Shown one piece after another: positions 53,728-62,865 of a stretch of 64,000 nt of DNA. The position numbers were made by a program, and so were the translations under genes. Within the stretch, counting starts at the first letter, position 1; each line of letters starts with the position of its first letter. The notes beneath the pieces were generated by a model. The model did no database searches. It saw only the letters and a list, made by a program, of their open reading frames with translations, and was not told the DNA's origin. This DNA comes from Escherichia phage vB_EcoM_TH18: the sequence record ON075799. One strand, 5' to 3'.

Positions 53728-54037
53728 CTAAACCCCCGCCAAAATCTTCAACAGCCTGATCTTTAAATAAAACTAAACCACATTCTAAATCACCATGCAA
53801 CACACTTGTCAGAAGAACTAGTCTTTCTCCTTCTACCAACTCACAATCTTCTAAAATCTGTGCAGCAAACATTTTATCCTTGTTTATAAAATCATCCTTA
53901 AAAAGGATATGATCACCATTCTCATCTTCTACTAATTTCCACTGCCCTGTACCAACCAAGAACTTCGGTTTCAAAGACGATACAGAAAGTGCTTGGGAGT
54001 CCCTCATCACAGCTTCTATAATCATCACATCTATCAT
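53708..54037 (-). CDS. hypothetical protein (109 aa)
   Basis: ORF only. Confidence 0.4.
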   Translation of the reverse strand: MIDVMIIEAVMRDSQALSVSSLKPKFLVGTGQWKLVEDENGDHILFKDDFINKDKMFAAQILEDCELVEGERLVLLTSVLHGDLECGLVLFKDQAVEDFGGGLDATDVG

Positions 54038-55167
54038 AGTACCCCTACCCTTTTCAATTCTGTTGCTAGTGTTGTTTTATCATTGGGGTGTCTTTTCATG
54101 TAAACCATCTGGAAAATTACAGATGCCCATTGACCAGCACTCATCTTTTTAAGGCTTCCATCCCAAGATGTAAATTCAACCCCGTTTGGAAACCATGCCT
54201 TATACTGGTCAACAATTGCTTCCCACATCTCTTTTTCTGTTCCAAGATGCCCGATCAAATTGAAAGCCGCAGTATCCCCAAATCTTCCGTTTATATCAAA
54301 GCACTGGTATGGCTTAATATTGTCAGAAATATCACCACAAAGCATCTGATAACCGAAGAACTTTTTGCCCCAGCCTTTAATCTTACTACCTTCCATCCAT
54401 ATTTCACCCATTGAGTCATCAATCAGCATTGGGGTTGGATGTTTCCACTGCTTCTCCCCGTTATCGCGCATCGTATCAAATAGCAGACCTGGTGTTCCTT
54501 TCTGATCCTTATCGAAGGATGCTATCAAGAAATTAAACTTACCTGTCTTCTTATAATTTTCCCACCCTGTGTACATTAGTACGGATAAGTAATCATCTGC
54601 TTCAACACCATTGATGACTTTTGCATTGTACTTCTTCTTAACGTAATCTCGCGTTTCCTGTAAAAGCAACGGCCTGAGTAGATCTTCCCTATTACCTTTA
54701 TATCTTTCTGGGGCAGGAAGCATAAGACGGAAATTATTCTCGCCACCAAGAACACCAACACCTTGCTTGCTGCTAATTTCAAGATGATCAAAAATAGCAT
54801 TAATCTTCATTTTTAGGAGATGCAAGCAATTCTCAACAGGCTCTGGTGTTTGGATATCCTCAACAAGGAAGTCTTCCCTCGTCCATGGTGTAAATGATTT
54901 TCCTGCGGCCTTCGCTTTCATTTCCATATTAGCATTTTGGTCTTTTAGCCAACCGCCTACAACTTTTTTTGTTGATCCCCAAAACTCTGTGCGATTACGA
55001 AACTCTTTAGATTTCCCAGATTTAATATGCGTCGCTCGGATGGTTCTTTTTTCAGAGCCAGCAGCCGATACGTAACATGTTTGATCTAAATCCAAGACAA
55101 TTACACAATCATTTGTGATTTTATCTTTCCAGTTTTTATCGTATGGATACCCCACAACACCTCTCAA
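54034..55167 (-). CDS. 5'-3' exonuclease / flap endonuclease (FEN-like)
   Basis: GVEADDYLS and LCGDISDNIKPY motifs as remembered from 5' nuclease domains; 377 aa. Confidence 0.65.
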   Translation of the reverse strand: MRGVVGYPYDKNWKDKITNDCVIVLDLDQTCYVSAAGSEKRTIRATHIKSGKSKEFRNRTEFWGSTKKVVGGWLKDQNANMEMKAKAAGKSFTPWTREDFLVEDIQTPEPVENCLHLLKMKINAIFDHLEISSKQGVGVLGGENNFRLMLPAPERYKGNREDLLRPLLLQETRDYVKKKYNAKVINGVEADDYLSVLMYTGWENYKKTGKFNFLIASFDKDQKGTPGLLFDTMRDNGEKQWKHPTPMLIDDSMGEIWMEGSKIKGWGKKFFGYQMLCGDISDNIKPYQCFDINGRFGDTAAFNLIGHLGTEKEMWEAIVDQYKAWFPNGVEFTSWDGSLKKMSAGQWASVIFQMVYMKRHPNDKTTLATELKRVGVL

Positions 55168-55601
55168 GTATTACCTAAATAATCTTTCAAATAGCTAACG
55201 TCAAGTTCCCATTCCTGACGCTTACTTCTCTCACGATACAAAGCAAATGCATCTTCAACATATTTTTCGGCTACATGTTGGGGGATGTTGTTGACTTTCA
55301 TGAAATGCTTCAAAGCTATATGCCCTCTACCTCGTAAACTAGCCAAACCGATATGTTTAACTTCGTGACACGATGGACATAGTGCAATAAGACCTTTCAG
55401 GGTGATCTTACCATCTTCAAAATCCCACACCTCGTGGCATTCAACAGGGTGTTTATGCCCTTTCCCTCCGCAGATTTCACATTTGTAACCTGCCTCTACA
55501 TAACATTTCTTTCTTACCTTGTCCCATTCTGATTTTGATAAGTAAGAACGTAGATTGTTGAACCATGCCGTTTTAGGTACTAGCTCAATAGTTAATTTCA
55601 T
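55164..55601 (-). CDS. HNH endonuclease
   Basis: CEICGG...H...CPSCHEVKH: paired CxxC zinc ligands with His-Me finger pattern. Confidence 0.55.
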   Translation of the reverse strand: MKLTIELVPKTAWFNNLRSYLSKSEWDKVRKKCYVEAGYKCEICGGKGHKHPVECHEVWDFEDGKITLKGLIALCPSCHEVKHIGLASLRGRGHIALKHFMKVNNIPQHVAEKYVEDAFALYRERSKRQEWELDVSYLKDYLGNT

Positions 55602-55779
55602 TCTTATTTCTCCCGAAGTACATATGCAAAATTCTCATCCAACTAGGCATTGGTAAAAGAGCCAGTAGAGAACATATCATTAATGCCTTCAAATCATAAT
55701 CTTGGCAAACAAGCCATCCAATGCTTACCAAACATAAAGACAGGATAAAACTTAACAACATTATTAACATATTTTTCAT
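55585..55779 (-). CDS. small membrane protein (64 aa)
   Basis: Hydrophobic segments. Confidence 0.35.
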   Translation of the reverse strand: MKNMLIMLLSFILSLCLVSIGWLVCQDYDLKALMICSLLALLPMPSWMRILHMYFGRNKNEINY

Positions 55780-55799
55780 AACAATCTATGTTCTATGTT

Positions 55800-56033
55800 T
55801 TAATGAAAGGTTCTTTTTGATGGGCAGCTTCCAGCACCTTCTTTAACCACTGCTTCTGTTCTATGCCCGTCGCTATAGATACAGACTTTGGAATCACCAT
55901 CACGATATTCTGCCTCAAGGCTCAAGGTGTTTGTGGTAGAAATTGCTAGAGGACTAAACAGAAGTGATGAGAAGAGGATAATGTTTTTAGCTTTCATTTT
56001 TACCACCTTTGAAAAAGCCCGATGAAAGCTCAT
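55800..56033 (-). CDS. small secreted protein (77 aa, signal peptide)
   Basis: N-terminal signal-like segment KNIILFSSLLFSPLAIS. Confidence 0.4.
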   Translation of the reverse strand: MSFHRAFSKVVKMKAKNIILFSSLLFSPLAISTTNTLSLEAEYRDGDSKVCIYSDGHRTEAVVKEGAGSCPSKRTFH

Positions 56034-56051
56034 CGGGCATACGGTATATTA

Positions 56052-56942
56052 TTACTTACCTGTAGGTAATGTTACAAACGGGGCTTGTGCTCCACTAGTC
56101 ATATACACAGGTGTTACACCATTCCATTTATTAATTGCTTCAAGCTGCATAATCTCTGGATTTTTACGCAGGGCAGCACCACGTAATTCAATAGACTCTG
56201 CATCACCTTTGGCAATCAGAATTTTGGCATCTGCCTCGCCTTGTGCCTGTAGACGTTTAGACTCAGCCTCACCACGAGCAGCCTCGATACGTTTCTGAGC
56301 TTCAGCTTTCACTTGCTGAATTTCGTTTTCACGAAGCAGTGCTTTTTGGGTTGCTTCGATCTTAGCATTGATGGAAGCCGTCACCTGTGGTGGATACACC
56401 AGATCGTCTGTATAAGACAGCTTCACAAGCACAATACCAACAGGATCAAGTTTTTGTTTCAGATGCTTGGTTACACGCTCAAGCAGTTGTGTTTTTCCAT
56501 CTCCAGCTAGTGTACCGATATCCATTGAACCAGCTTCCTTGATCAAGGCATCAGAGATATTCTGGCGAATATTTACCTCTGTAATTTCTTGCACACCTTT
56601 ACGGTACGTCTGGAAAATAGTTGTTACTTTAGAACGATCAACATAATATTCAACACCAATTTTCGCAGAAACTGTCATAGAGTCTTTTGTCTGGAAATTG
56701 AATGGTTGATCATAGTTATGCAACTGGTTAAAAGTCGGGAACTGATAAATCTCTTCGTTCCAAGTCAGCCAGTATTTACCTACCCCAACTTCTTGTTGTT
56801 GGACACCTTTTTCATCGCCGTACAGGTCAACTTTAACGCCAACGTAACCTGCTGGAACGGTTGCACGCTCACAACCTGTCAGACCAATTGCAGAGACTGC
56901 AAGAATACCTGCAAAAATAACTCGTTTAATAGATTTAAACAT
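56052..56942 (-). CDS. SPFH/band-7 domain lipoprotein (HflC/HflK-like)
   Basis: Lipobox LTGC after a signal peptide; Ala/Glu-rich coiled-coil tail typical of SPFH proteins. Confidence 0.7.
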   Translation of the reverse strand: MFKSIKRVIFAGILAVSAIGLTGCERATVPAGYVGVKVDLYGDEKGVQQQEVGVGKYWLTWNEEIYQFPTFNQLHNYDQPFNFQTKDSMTVSAKIGVEYYVDRSKVTTIFQTYRKGVQEITEVNIRQNISDALIKEAGSMDIGTLAGDGKTQLLERVTKHLKQKLDPVGIVLVKLSYTDDLVYPPQVTASINAKIEATQKALLRENEIQQVKAEAQKRIEAARGEAESKRLQAQGEADAKILIAKGDAESIELRGAALRKNPEIMQLEAINKWNGVTPVYMTSGAQAPFVTLPTGK

Positions 56943-56955
56943 TAAAACAATCTCC

Positions 56956-57168
56956 TTACTTTTTACGTTTCCCAGTCTTCTTCTTAGAAGACTTGCCTAA
57001 GAATACCTTACGCCCCCAGACAAAAATAATCATCGGAGACACAAGCAACATTGCAAATCCACACACTACCATCAGTGTGTCTTTTGCAGACAGCATTGTT
57101 GGCACTACAAATCCAATAATGACACAGATAAAAACAAGAATACCAACGCAATTTAAATACGTCTTCAC
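56956..57168 (-). CDS. small membrane protein, possible NfeD-like partner of the SPFH protein
   Basis: 70 aa, two transmembrane segments, Lys-rich tail; immediately upstream of the SPFH gene. Confidence 0.4.
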   Translation of the reverse strand: MKTYLNCVGILVFICVIIGFVVPTMLSAKDTLMVVCGFAMLLVSPMIIFVWGRKVFLGKSSKKKTGKRKK

Positions 57169-57170
57169 AA

Positions 57171-57488
57171 TTATCCCTCACTACCAAACAAAATATCCAC
57201 CTCAGCCATTTGTTCGATCTTCTCTTCAAGATCTTTACGTTTCTTTCCTGCTTGGTATTGTCGATCAAACAGAGCATTGATCATGGCATTAATAAATTTA
57301 GGATCGTAGCCGTGACTTTCTTTTTCTACTGAAACGATATCTTTAAGCATGTCACCTGCGTCTTTTTGCATGATGCGAGCTTCAACACCTTCCAAGATAA
57401 CTTTTTTCAGTCGATCGCACTCGACAGGATCAGAAGGTAAAGTATTTTTCAGTTCAATTTTTGTTTTAGGCATACGTGGCATTTTCAT
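57171..57488 (-). CDS. hypothetical protein (105 aa)
   Basis: ORF with strong upstream promoter. Confidence 0.5.
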   Translation of the reverse strand: MKMPRMPKTKIELKNTLPSDPVECDRLKKVILEGVEARIMQKDAGDMLKDIVSVEKESHGYDPKFINAMINALFDRQYQAGKKRKDLEEKIEQMAEVDILFGSEG

Positions 57489-57512
57489 CTCCTCTGTCTA
57501 CGTATAAATTTA

Positions 57513-57540
57513 ATTATAAAATTTTTATATGGTTTGTCAA
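57513..57540 (-). promoter_or_regulatory. sigma70 promoter (TTGACA-16-TATAAT) on the minus strand
   Basis: Consensus hexamers read on the reverse complement. Confidence 0.6.
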
Positions 57541-57546
57541 GGGGTG

Positions 57547-57753
57547 TTAAAGAAAATCTACACCAACCAAATCACCATCACAACGAGCAATATTATCTGC
57601 CACACTGCTAAGTTCATAGACATAGCAAGTATGAGCATATTTCTTAGCTCCACCCCAACGACGCTTCACAACAAAGCGTACAACACACTTCTGAAACAGT
57701 GTTTCTGTACCACCGCGTTGTTCTATCTTCTTGATAATATCTTCGATATTCAC
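57547..57753 (-). CDS. hypothetical protein (68 aa)
   Basis: ORF only. Confidence 0.4.
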   Translation of the reverse strand: MNIEDIIKKIEQRGGTETLFQKCVVRFVVKRRWGGAKKYAHTCYVYELSSVADNIARCDGDLVGVDFL

Positions 57754-57808
57754 TTTTCACCACACTTCCAAAACAAGCCCCTCATAAGGGGCTATTGTTA
57801 TAGATTGA

Positions 57809-58498
57809 TTATACTTTAATAATTGGTTCAACAAAGGTAATTGGTTTCATAATTTTACCATTGCCATCCATAAAAGCAACACGTTCACCGACCTGAGCAT
57901 GGATTACAGAATTATAACGCCCTTTTGAACGGCGTTCAATCTCTTTACATTCAAACTCCAACATCTCAAGTTCTTTATCCTTGTAGTCAGGATATTTAAC
58001 AAGTAGTTGTGTGATTGTTGGGAATTTAGAGTCGTTGGAATTAAGAACCTCTTCCATATTGTATCCAAGATTGATATCCAAATTATAGCATAAAGCCACA
58101 ACTTGTTTCAAAATCTCTGCATAATCAGAGATCGTCAACTTATCTTTGTGCACCAGGTCAAGTAAGCTGCCAATTTTCAACTCAACCATGTCTGATGGGA
58201 CCATACATGACTCCCATTTTTCAGTGTCCCATTGCACCAAACGCAAAGCGTAAGAGCTTACGACAAAAAGATCACATGCTGCATCAATAACCCCTGCCTT
58301 GTCGGATGAGGATAAGGCCTCAATAAGCTCAGAAAGCTCCTCTTTAATAAGATTTGTTTGTAGTTTAATATCTGTTGACATTCCTCCACGCCCAATCCTT
58401 GCCACCTCATTCCATTGGGCAACACGATGACCATATGCAATCATGTTATCAGGCTTGCTCATGGCTTCAAGTGTGGAATACATATTTTTTAAATTCAT
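57809..58498 (-). CDS. MazG-like nucleotide pyrophosphohydrolase (putative)
   Basis: EELSELIEA ... DAACDL spacing resembles the MazG EExxE/D motif pair. Confidence 0.4.
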   Translation of the reverse strand: MNLKNMYSTLEAMSKPDNMIAYGHRVAQWNEVARIGRGGMSTDIKLQTNLIKEELSELIEALSSSDKAGVIDAACDLFVVSSYALRLVQWDTEKWESCMVPSDMVELKIGSLLDLVHKDKLTISDYAEILKQVVALCYNLDINLGYNMEEVLNSNDSKFPTITQLLVKYPDYKDKELEMLEFECKEIERRSKGRYNSVIHAQVGERVAFMDGNGKIMKPITFVEPIIKV

Positions 58499-58507
58499 CT
58501 CTTCTCC

Positions 58508-58879
58508 TTAATTTACTACATCTGATGTATGATCGCCATCTGGTTGATCACGAATTATTCTTAGAGGTAACAAAGAACCATTTTTGCCTGTGAACAGACA
58601 TTTATCTGCATAACTACCATTCTTGTACCAAGAGTATGATGTATTAACTTTATAAGTCATCCCATCAAACTGGCAAGCAACAGTGTTAATTATTGGCCTA
58701 ATAAGACAAAATGTTAAGATACCAATAACAACAAACCATGCGATAATGATCTTACGAATATTTGGTTTTACCCAATCAATAAAATCATCTAATTTATCCC
58801 GTCTGAACCTATAAGCCAGATACACACATACAGCGAACAGTACAGTAGTCAGTAGAACGAACACCCAATACCAAATCAT
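58508..58879 (-). CDS. membrane protein (123 aa)
   Basis: Two or three hydrophobic segments. Confidence 0.45.
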   Translation of the reverse strand: MIWYWVFVLLTTVLFAVCVYLAYRFRRDKLDDFIDWVKPNIRKIIIAWFVVIGILTFCLIRPIINTVACQFDGMTYKVNTSYSWYKNGSYADKCLFTGKNGSLLPLRIIRDQPDGDHTSDVVN

Positions 58880-58891
58880 AATTATTAACCT

Positions 58892-60181
58892 TTAATATAT
58901 AGGGTCCCACGTCAAAGAATCTACCTCACGAACACATTTACCAACAGGGAATTGCGGAACACCGTCATCAGTCCTTGCTTGGTAGGTAAAAGTTATATAT
59001 TTGCCGATAAGTTTTTTCATATTCTCTTGTGAGCGTTCTTCGTGTGTGCCTCTCATCTTACAGTTAAATTGTGTACCATCCTTCTCAGCACACAACAGGA
59101 CACCTTCTCCATTCTTATCCTCAAAAGAATCAATAACTCTGGCCTCACCATCCTGAAACAGTTTCCACTTTTGGAGATCAGAGGATCTTTGCCCGAACTC
59201 ATACTTTCCGTGAAAGTTTCGTATTACAACACCCTCATAACCTGATTCCATAAACTCCTTGATGAGCATTTTAACACGATCCTCACCAGACACTATTGCT
59301 CCGTGCACTACTTTAATTAGGTTATAAGGCCATGTATATTCAGAGACTTTCTGTAAATTATTAAACCTACACCCGTTTGTGTCAGAAGACATCCATGGTG
59401 TGTCATCTTCCGAAGGGATATCGAAAATATGATATTCTAAGTCTAAACTTGAATAACCACAATACTTATTAATATTTTTCTCTGGTTTCTTTGTGATAGG
59501 ATGTTCTAACCCTTCGGAGTCTTTCCAAAATTCATCACCATTGTTAATTGCTTTTTCAAATCGCTTTATGTCTGATTGATAGTCTTTTTCTATCTCAGCT
59601 TCTATCTCTTCTGGGGATCTCCATTTTTTAGCTAAGGAGACTATTTTCTGTAAACTTAATCCATGAATATACAATTCCCCATCAAACATTTTCAATCCTG
59701 TCTTTTTGGCTAGTTTAGACATCTGATCAAGCAATTGGCCTTGTACAGGATATGTTTTATTGCCACGACTATTGAATACAGGCACGCCATCATCACAAAC
59801 CAGAACAAGTGCTCTGACACCATCAAGTTTTGGTTGAACATGCAAAGGATACACTAAAGAACTTTTCCTTTTTATGGCATCATGTGCAAGCATTGGTGAG
59901 AAATCTTGTGTTTTTGTCAGGTCATTCTTGGATACACGATAGCCAAGCCTGACTTGTTTTTCCCACTTAGCTTTTGCTTCTAAAGCAGCTTGTTCTTCAT
60001 CCGTTGTTTCGTTCTTCTTTCCAATATTTTTAGCAAAGCATTTGGTACGTTTATACTGCATTTTACCGTTTTCTTTGCCAAATTCAACTACGATCTCTGA
60101 CCCTTCTGTCCACACATTCCACACTTGGTGTGATCCATCCCTGTTCAGGGCATACAATGTTGGAAGATTATTCTCAGGCAT
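58892..60181 (-). CDS. ATP-dependent DNA ligase
   Basis: Nucleotidyltransferase motifs I (KLDGVR), III (FDGELY), IV (EGVVIR) and V (KWKL). Confidence 0.7.
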   Translation of the reverse strand: MPENNLPTLYALNRDGSHQVWNVWTEGSEIVVEFGKENGKMQYKRTKCFAKNIGKKNETTDEEQAALEAKAKWEKQVRLGYRVSKNDLTKTQDFSPMLAHDAIKRKSSLVYPLHVQPKLDGVRALVLVCDDGVPVFNSRGNKTYPVQGQLLDQMSKLAKKTGLKMFDGELYIHGLSLQKIVSLAKKWRSPEEIEAEIEKDYQSDIKRFEKAINNGDEFWKDSEGLEHPITKKPEKNINKYCGYSSLDLEYHIFDIPSEDDTPWMSSDTNGCRFNNLQKVSEYTWPYNLIKVVHGAIVSGEDRVKMLIKEFMESGYEGVVIRNFHGKYEFGQRSSDLQKWKLFQDGEARVIDSFEDKNGEGVLLCAEKDGTQFNCKMRGTHEERSQENMKKLIGKYITFTYQARTDDGVPQFPVGKCVREVDSLTWDPIY

Positions 60182-60959
60182 TAAAGTCCTCGCTTGTTAC
60201 GACATGTTTTCCTTCAAGGTGATTCTCTACCAACTCAATAAGTTTTGGGTTACTAAATGCTTCAACCGCCCCACAACGCATTTGGTACACACCAAATTTA
60301 TCATACTGCTCTTGCTCAAAGTAATTGATCGCTGGGTTTATCACAACAAGTTTAATACCTCGTTTTGCGATTGCATGTAACAATTCCCAGTTAAAATCAA
60401 TAACTTGGTTAGAGCAGCCAACAAGAAGCACAAGGTCTTGGGTATTAAGGTCATCAAGCATAGTAAACATGTCCTGATAAAGTAGTGCATTCTCACCGAA
60501 GAACACCACATTCGGCTTGCACCACCAGTAATCATCAGGATCAACACTCGTATATCCAACATCCATAACGCGCTTAGGAAATTCTTCACCATTCTGTACG
60601 ACAATCTCTTTTAGGAAACCATGCACATGGAGAATATCTTTCTTTGGGATTCCAGCGCGTTCAAGTAAATCGTCAACGTTAGTTGTAAGATTACGTACTT
60701 GTCCTGGATAACGGTTATACCATTCTGCTACACGCAGATGCGCCATGTTGGGATGTACAGTCTTCAATTCTTCACGACGTTTGTTATAAAACTCGTGTGT
60801 TTTGTGGTAAAAATTACCACGAAATGCATGAATATTACATACTTCTTCAAGATCATATTCTTCCCAGAGGGCTTTACCTGACGAAGTATCTGTACGGAAT
60901 GTGCGGATACCGCTTTCTGTTGACATACCTGCACCACTGATCACAAGTAATCGACGCAT
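60174..60959 (-). CDS. Sir2-family NAD-dependent protein deacylase / ADP-ribosyltransferase (sirtuin-like)
   Basis: GAGMSTESGIRTFR, TTNVDDLLERAG, HG and KPNVVFFGE sirtuin motifs. Confidence 0.75.
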   Translation of the reverse strand: MRRLLVISGAGMSTESGIRTFRTDTSSGKALWEEYDLEEVCNIHAFRGNFYHKTHEFYNKRREELKTVHPNMAHLRVAEWYNRYPGQVRNLTTNVDDLLERAGIPKKDILHVHGFLKEIVVQNGEEFPKRVMDVGYTSVDPDDYWWCKPNVVFFGENALLYQDMFTMLDDLNTQDLVLLVGCSNQVIDFNWELLHAIAKRGIKLVVINPAINYFEQEQYDKFGVYQMRCGAVEAFSNPKLIELVENHLEGKHVVTSEDFNA

Positions 60960-60967
60960 ACAACCAC

Positions 60968-61375
60968 CTATTGTAATTTTAAAGAGTTACGTAAACGTGC
61001 TTCTTGACGGTCACGAATAAACTGCGGAACAGCATGAATGCTTTCGTTGCCATGATAATTTTCCACAACAACAGATGTTACATCATAGCAGTACTTTTCT
61101 GCTAAGTCAAGATAAGGTTTCAACTCTTTCACAGAAGTTGTTGTGTTTGAAACAATAATCTTTTCAACTCCATTTTGCATATGGAGTTCTACCTTGTCAC
61201 GACACCATTGATGAGCTTTGTGGACATTTTCTTCCTTCCACTCATACACACCTTCTTCGGTGTAATGAAATTGGTCAGCTTCACATACAGGCCAACGACC
61301 ATCATCAGACAACTCTTTAGCAAGAGTTGACTTTCCTGACCCAGAGACACCACGTAAAATAAATAACTTTTTCAT
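60968..61375 (-). CDS. P-loop polynucleotide 5'-kinase-like protein (Pnk kinase-domain-like)
   Basis: Walker A GVSGSGKST at the N-terminus; 135 aa; resembles the kinase domain of T4 Pnkp from memory. Confidence 0.5.
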   Translation of the reverse strand: MKKLFILRGVSGSGKSTLAKELSDDGRWPVCEADQFHYTEEGVYEWKEENVHKAHQWCRDKVELHMQNGVEKIIVSNTTTSVKELKPYLDLAEKYCYDVTSVVVENYHGNESIHAVPQFIRDRQEARLRNSLKLQ

Positions 61376-61385
61376 TAGTTTCCCT

Positions 61386-61718
61386 TTAGTATTGGTGACG
61401 ATAAAACTTTATACCTAGAGTGTTTCCAAAATATTCTCTCGCCAACATAAACTTGTTCACGGCAGATGGGTTAGAGCTATGTACGTGAATTTCTTTAAGA
61501 TTCATGAACTTGCCATCGTGCAATTCACGTTCAACATAGAGGAAAGCATCATAACCTTCCTCATCACCACCCAAATCATTATCAAAATGAATGGAATCAA
61601 TGTCACTATCACTCATAAATTTTAGTAATGAGTAGAAGCTGGAGAGATTCTTACACCATATGGCATTAGGGTATCCATAATCTACTGGATTTCGCAGATC
61701 ATCCAACCACAGTCTCAA
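61386..61718 (-). CDS. hypothetical protein (110 aa)
   Basis: ORF between the kinase and ligase genes. Confidence 0.45.
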   Translation of the reverse strand: MRLWLDDLRNPVDYGYPNAIWCKNLSSFYSLLKFMSDSDIDSIHFDNDLGGDEEGYDAFLYVERELHDGKFMNLKEIHVHSSNPSAVNKFMLAREYFGNTLGIKFYRHQY

Positions 61719-62647
61719 ATTGCACCTCCGAAAAAATCCTCAATAATTTCACGACGGAATTGTTCATGCAAACATTCCCAATGTTCTTTAGAATAGTTAT
61801 CACGTAAATAATTTAAAAGGTTATAATACTCTTCATCAACTTTCTTCTTAGCTTCTTCTGGGTTTCCCCAAATCATATCCCACTTGTTCTTACCGCCACG
61901 CATCAAAAATTTCTTCGCCAAATAGTGTGGCGATTTGATCTTCAAGAGAAGATCTTGCTGTCCTGTAGCAGCACGCACAACAAATCCTTCATGTTTGCAT
62001 TCTTTAGACATTTTCAGGATGTCTGAAAAGTGCATATTTATGTAAATCTCTGGTCGTTTAAAACCGAACTCTTTTGCGATAAGATCAAGAGCTTTTTCAC
62101 TAAGCATAGAAGTTAATTTGTCTTTGTGAAATCGAACACCAATCAAATACACACCAGCCTTTTCTGGTACAATGTGTGGATCTGAAGGAGAGCAAATCTC
62201 AAAGATAAATGTTGTCTTTGGTTCTTCCACACATGATAACAACATTGGCAAATTAGTACATTCTGCCATGATCATACCTTTTGCAAGTTTTGCAAAATCG
62301 GAATCTAAAGTTCCTGTTGTTGAAACAATCAGCTCACCATTGTATGAGCTTACTGCTGCCATAAAGCCATTAACTTTACGTGCTGCATTCACAACCATAT
62401 CTTTTGGAAGATCAGTACCGTTCTCTAAATGGTTGAAAATTTTAGTAAAAGGCCACACAATGATGTTGTCATCACTGTCAACAACCATACCACGGCAATC
62501 AAGCAACCGACTATCTTGACACCACAGATTTTCCCAGAAAACTTTATTGCTGTATTTCAAAACAGACAAACCTTTAAACTCACCACTGGTATAAGTCTTC
62601 TTTTTAACAAGACCTTTTGATACTAAATCTTCAACATTGAATTTCAT
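61715..62647 (-). CDS. RNA ligase-like nucleotidyltransferase (putative)
   Basis: Motif I KVNG, motif IV EGFVVR, motif V LLKIKS; 310 aa; distinct from the DNA ligase at 58892. Confidence 0.5.
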   Translation of the reverse strand: MKFNVEDLVSKGLVKKKTYTSGEFKGLSVLKYSNKVFWENLWCQDSRLLDCRGMVVDSDDNIIVWPFTKIFNHLENGTDLPKDMVVNAARKVNGFMAAVSSYNGELIVSTTGTLDSDFAKLAKGMIMAECTNLPMLLSCVEEPKTTFIFEICSPSDPHIVPEKAGVYLIGVRFHKDKLTSMLSEKALDLIAKEFGFKRPEIYINMHFSDILKMSKECKHEGFVVRAATGQQDLLLKIKSPHYLAKKFLMRGGKNKWDMIWGNPEEAKKKVDEEYYNLLNYLRDNYSKEHWECLHEQFRREIIEDFFGGAI

Positions 62648-62844
62648 TTGTTTTCACCGTCACAATTGCAGAATTGTTTATTCAATGACTCTATTATACA
62701 TGTTGATCTTCTTGCGTCAACAGACTGGCTTGTTAAATCTTTAGCAACTAACAGCTTTTCCACATCATCTTTTCTGATGGATCCATAAGCACCAGAATCC
62801 ATCGTGAAAAAGATTTTATCCTCTGTTATCTTGTGTATTTTCAT
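62644..62844 (-). CDS. hypothetical protein (66 aa)
   Basis: ORF only. Confidence 0.4.
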   Translation of the reverse strand: MKIHKITEDKIFFTMDSGAYGSIRKDDVEKLLVAKDLTSQSVDARRSTCIIESLNKQFCNCDGENK

Positions 62845-62865
62845 TCATAAAATCTCAATAATTAT

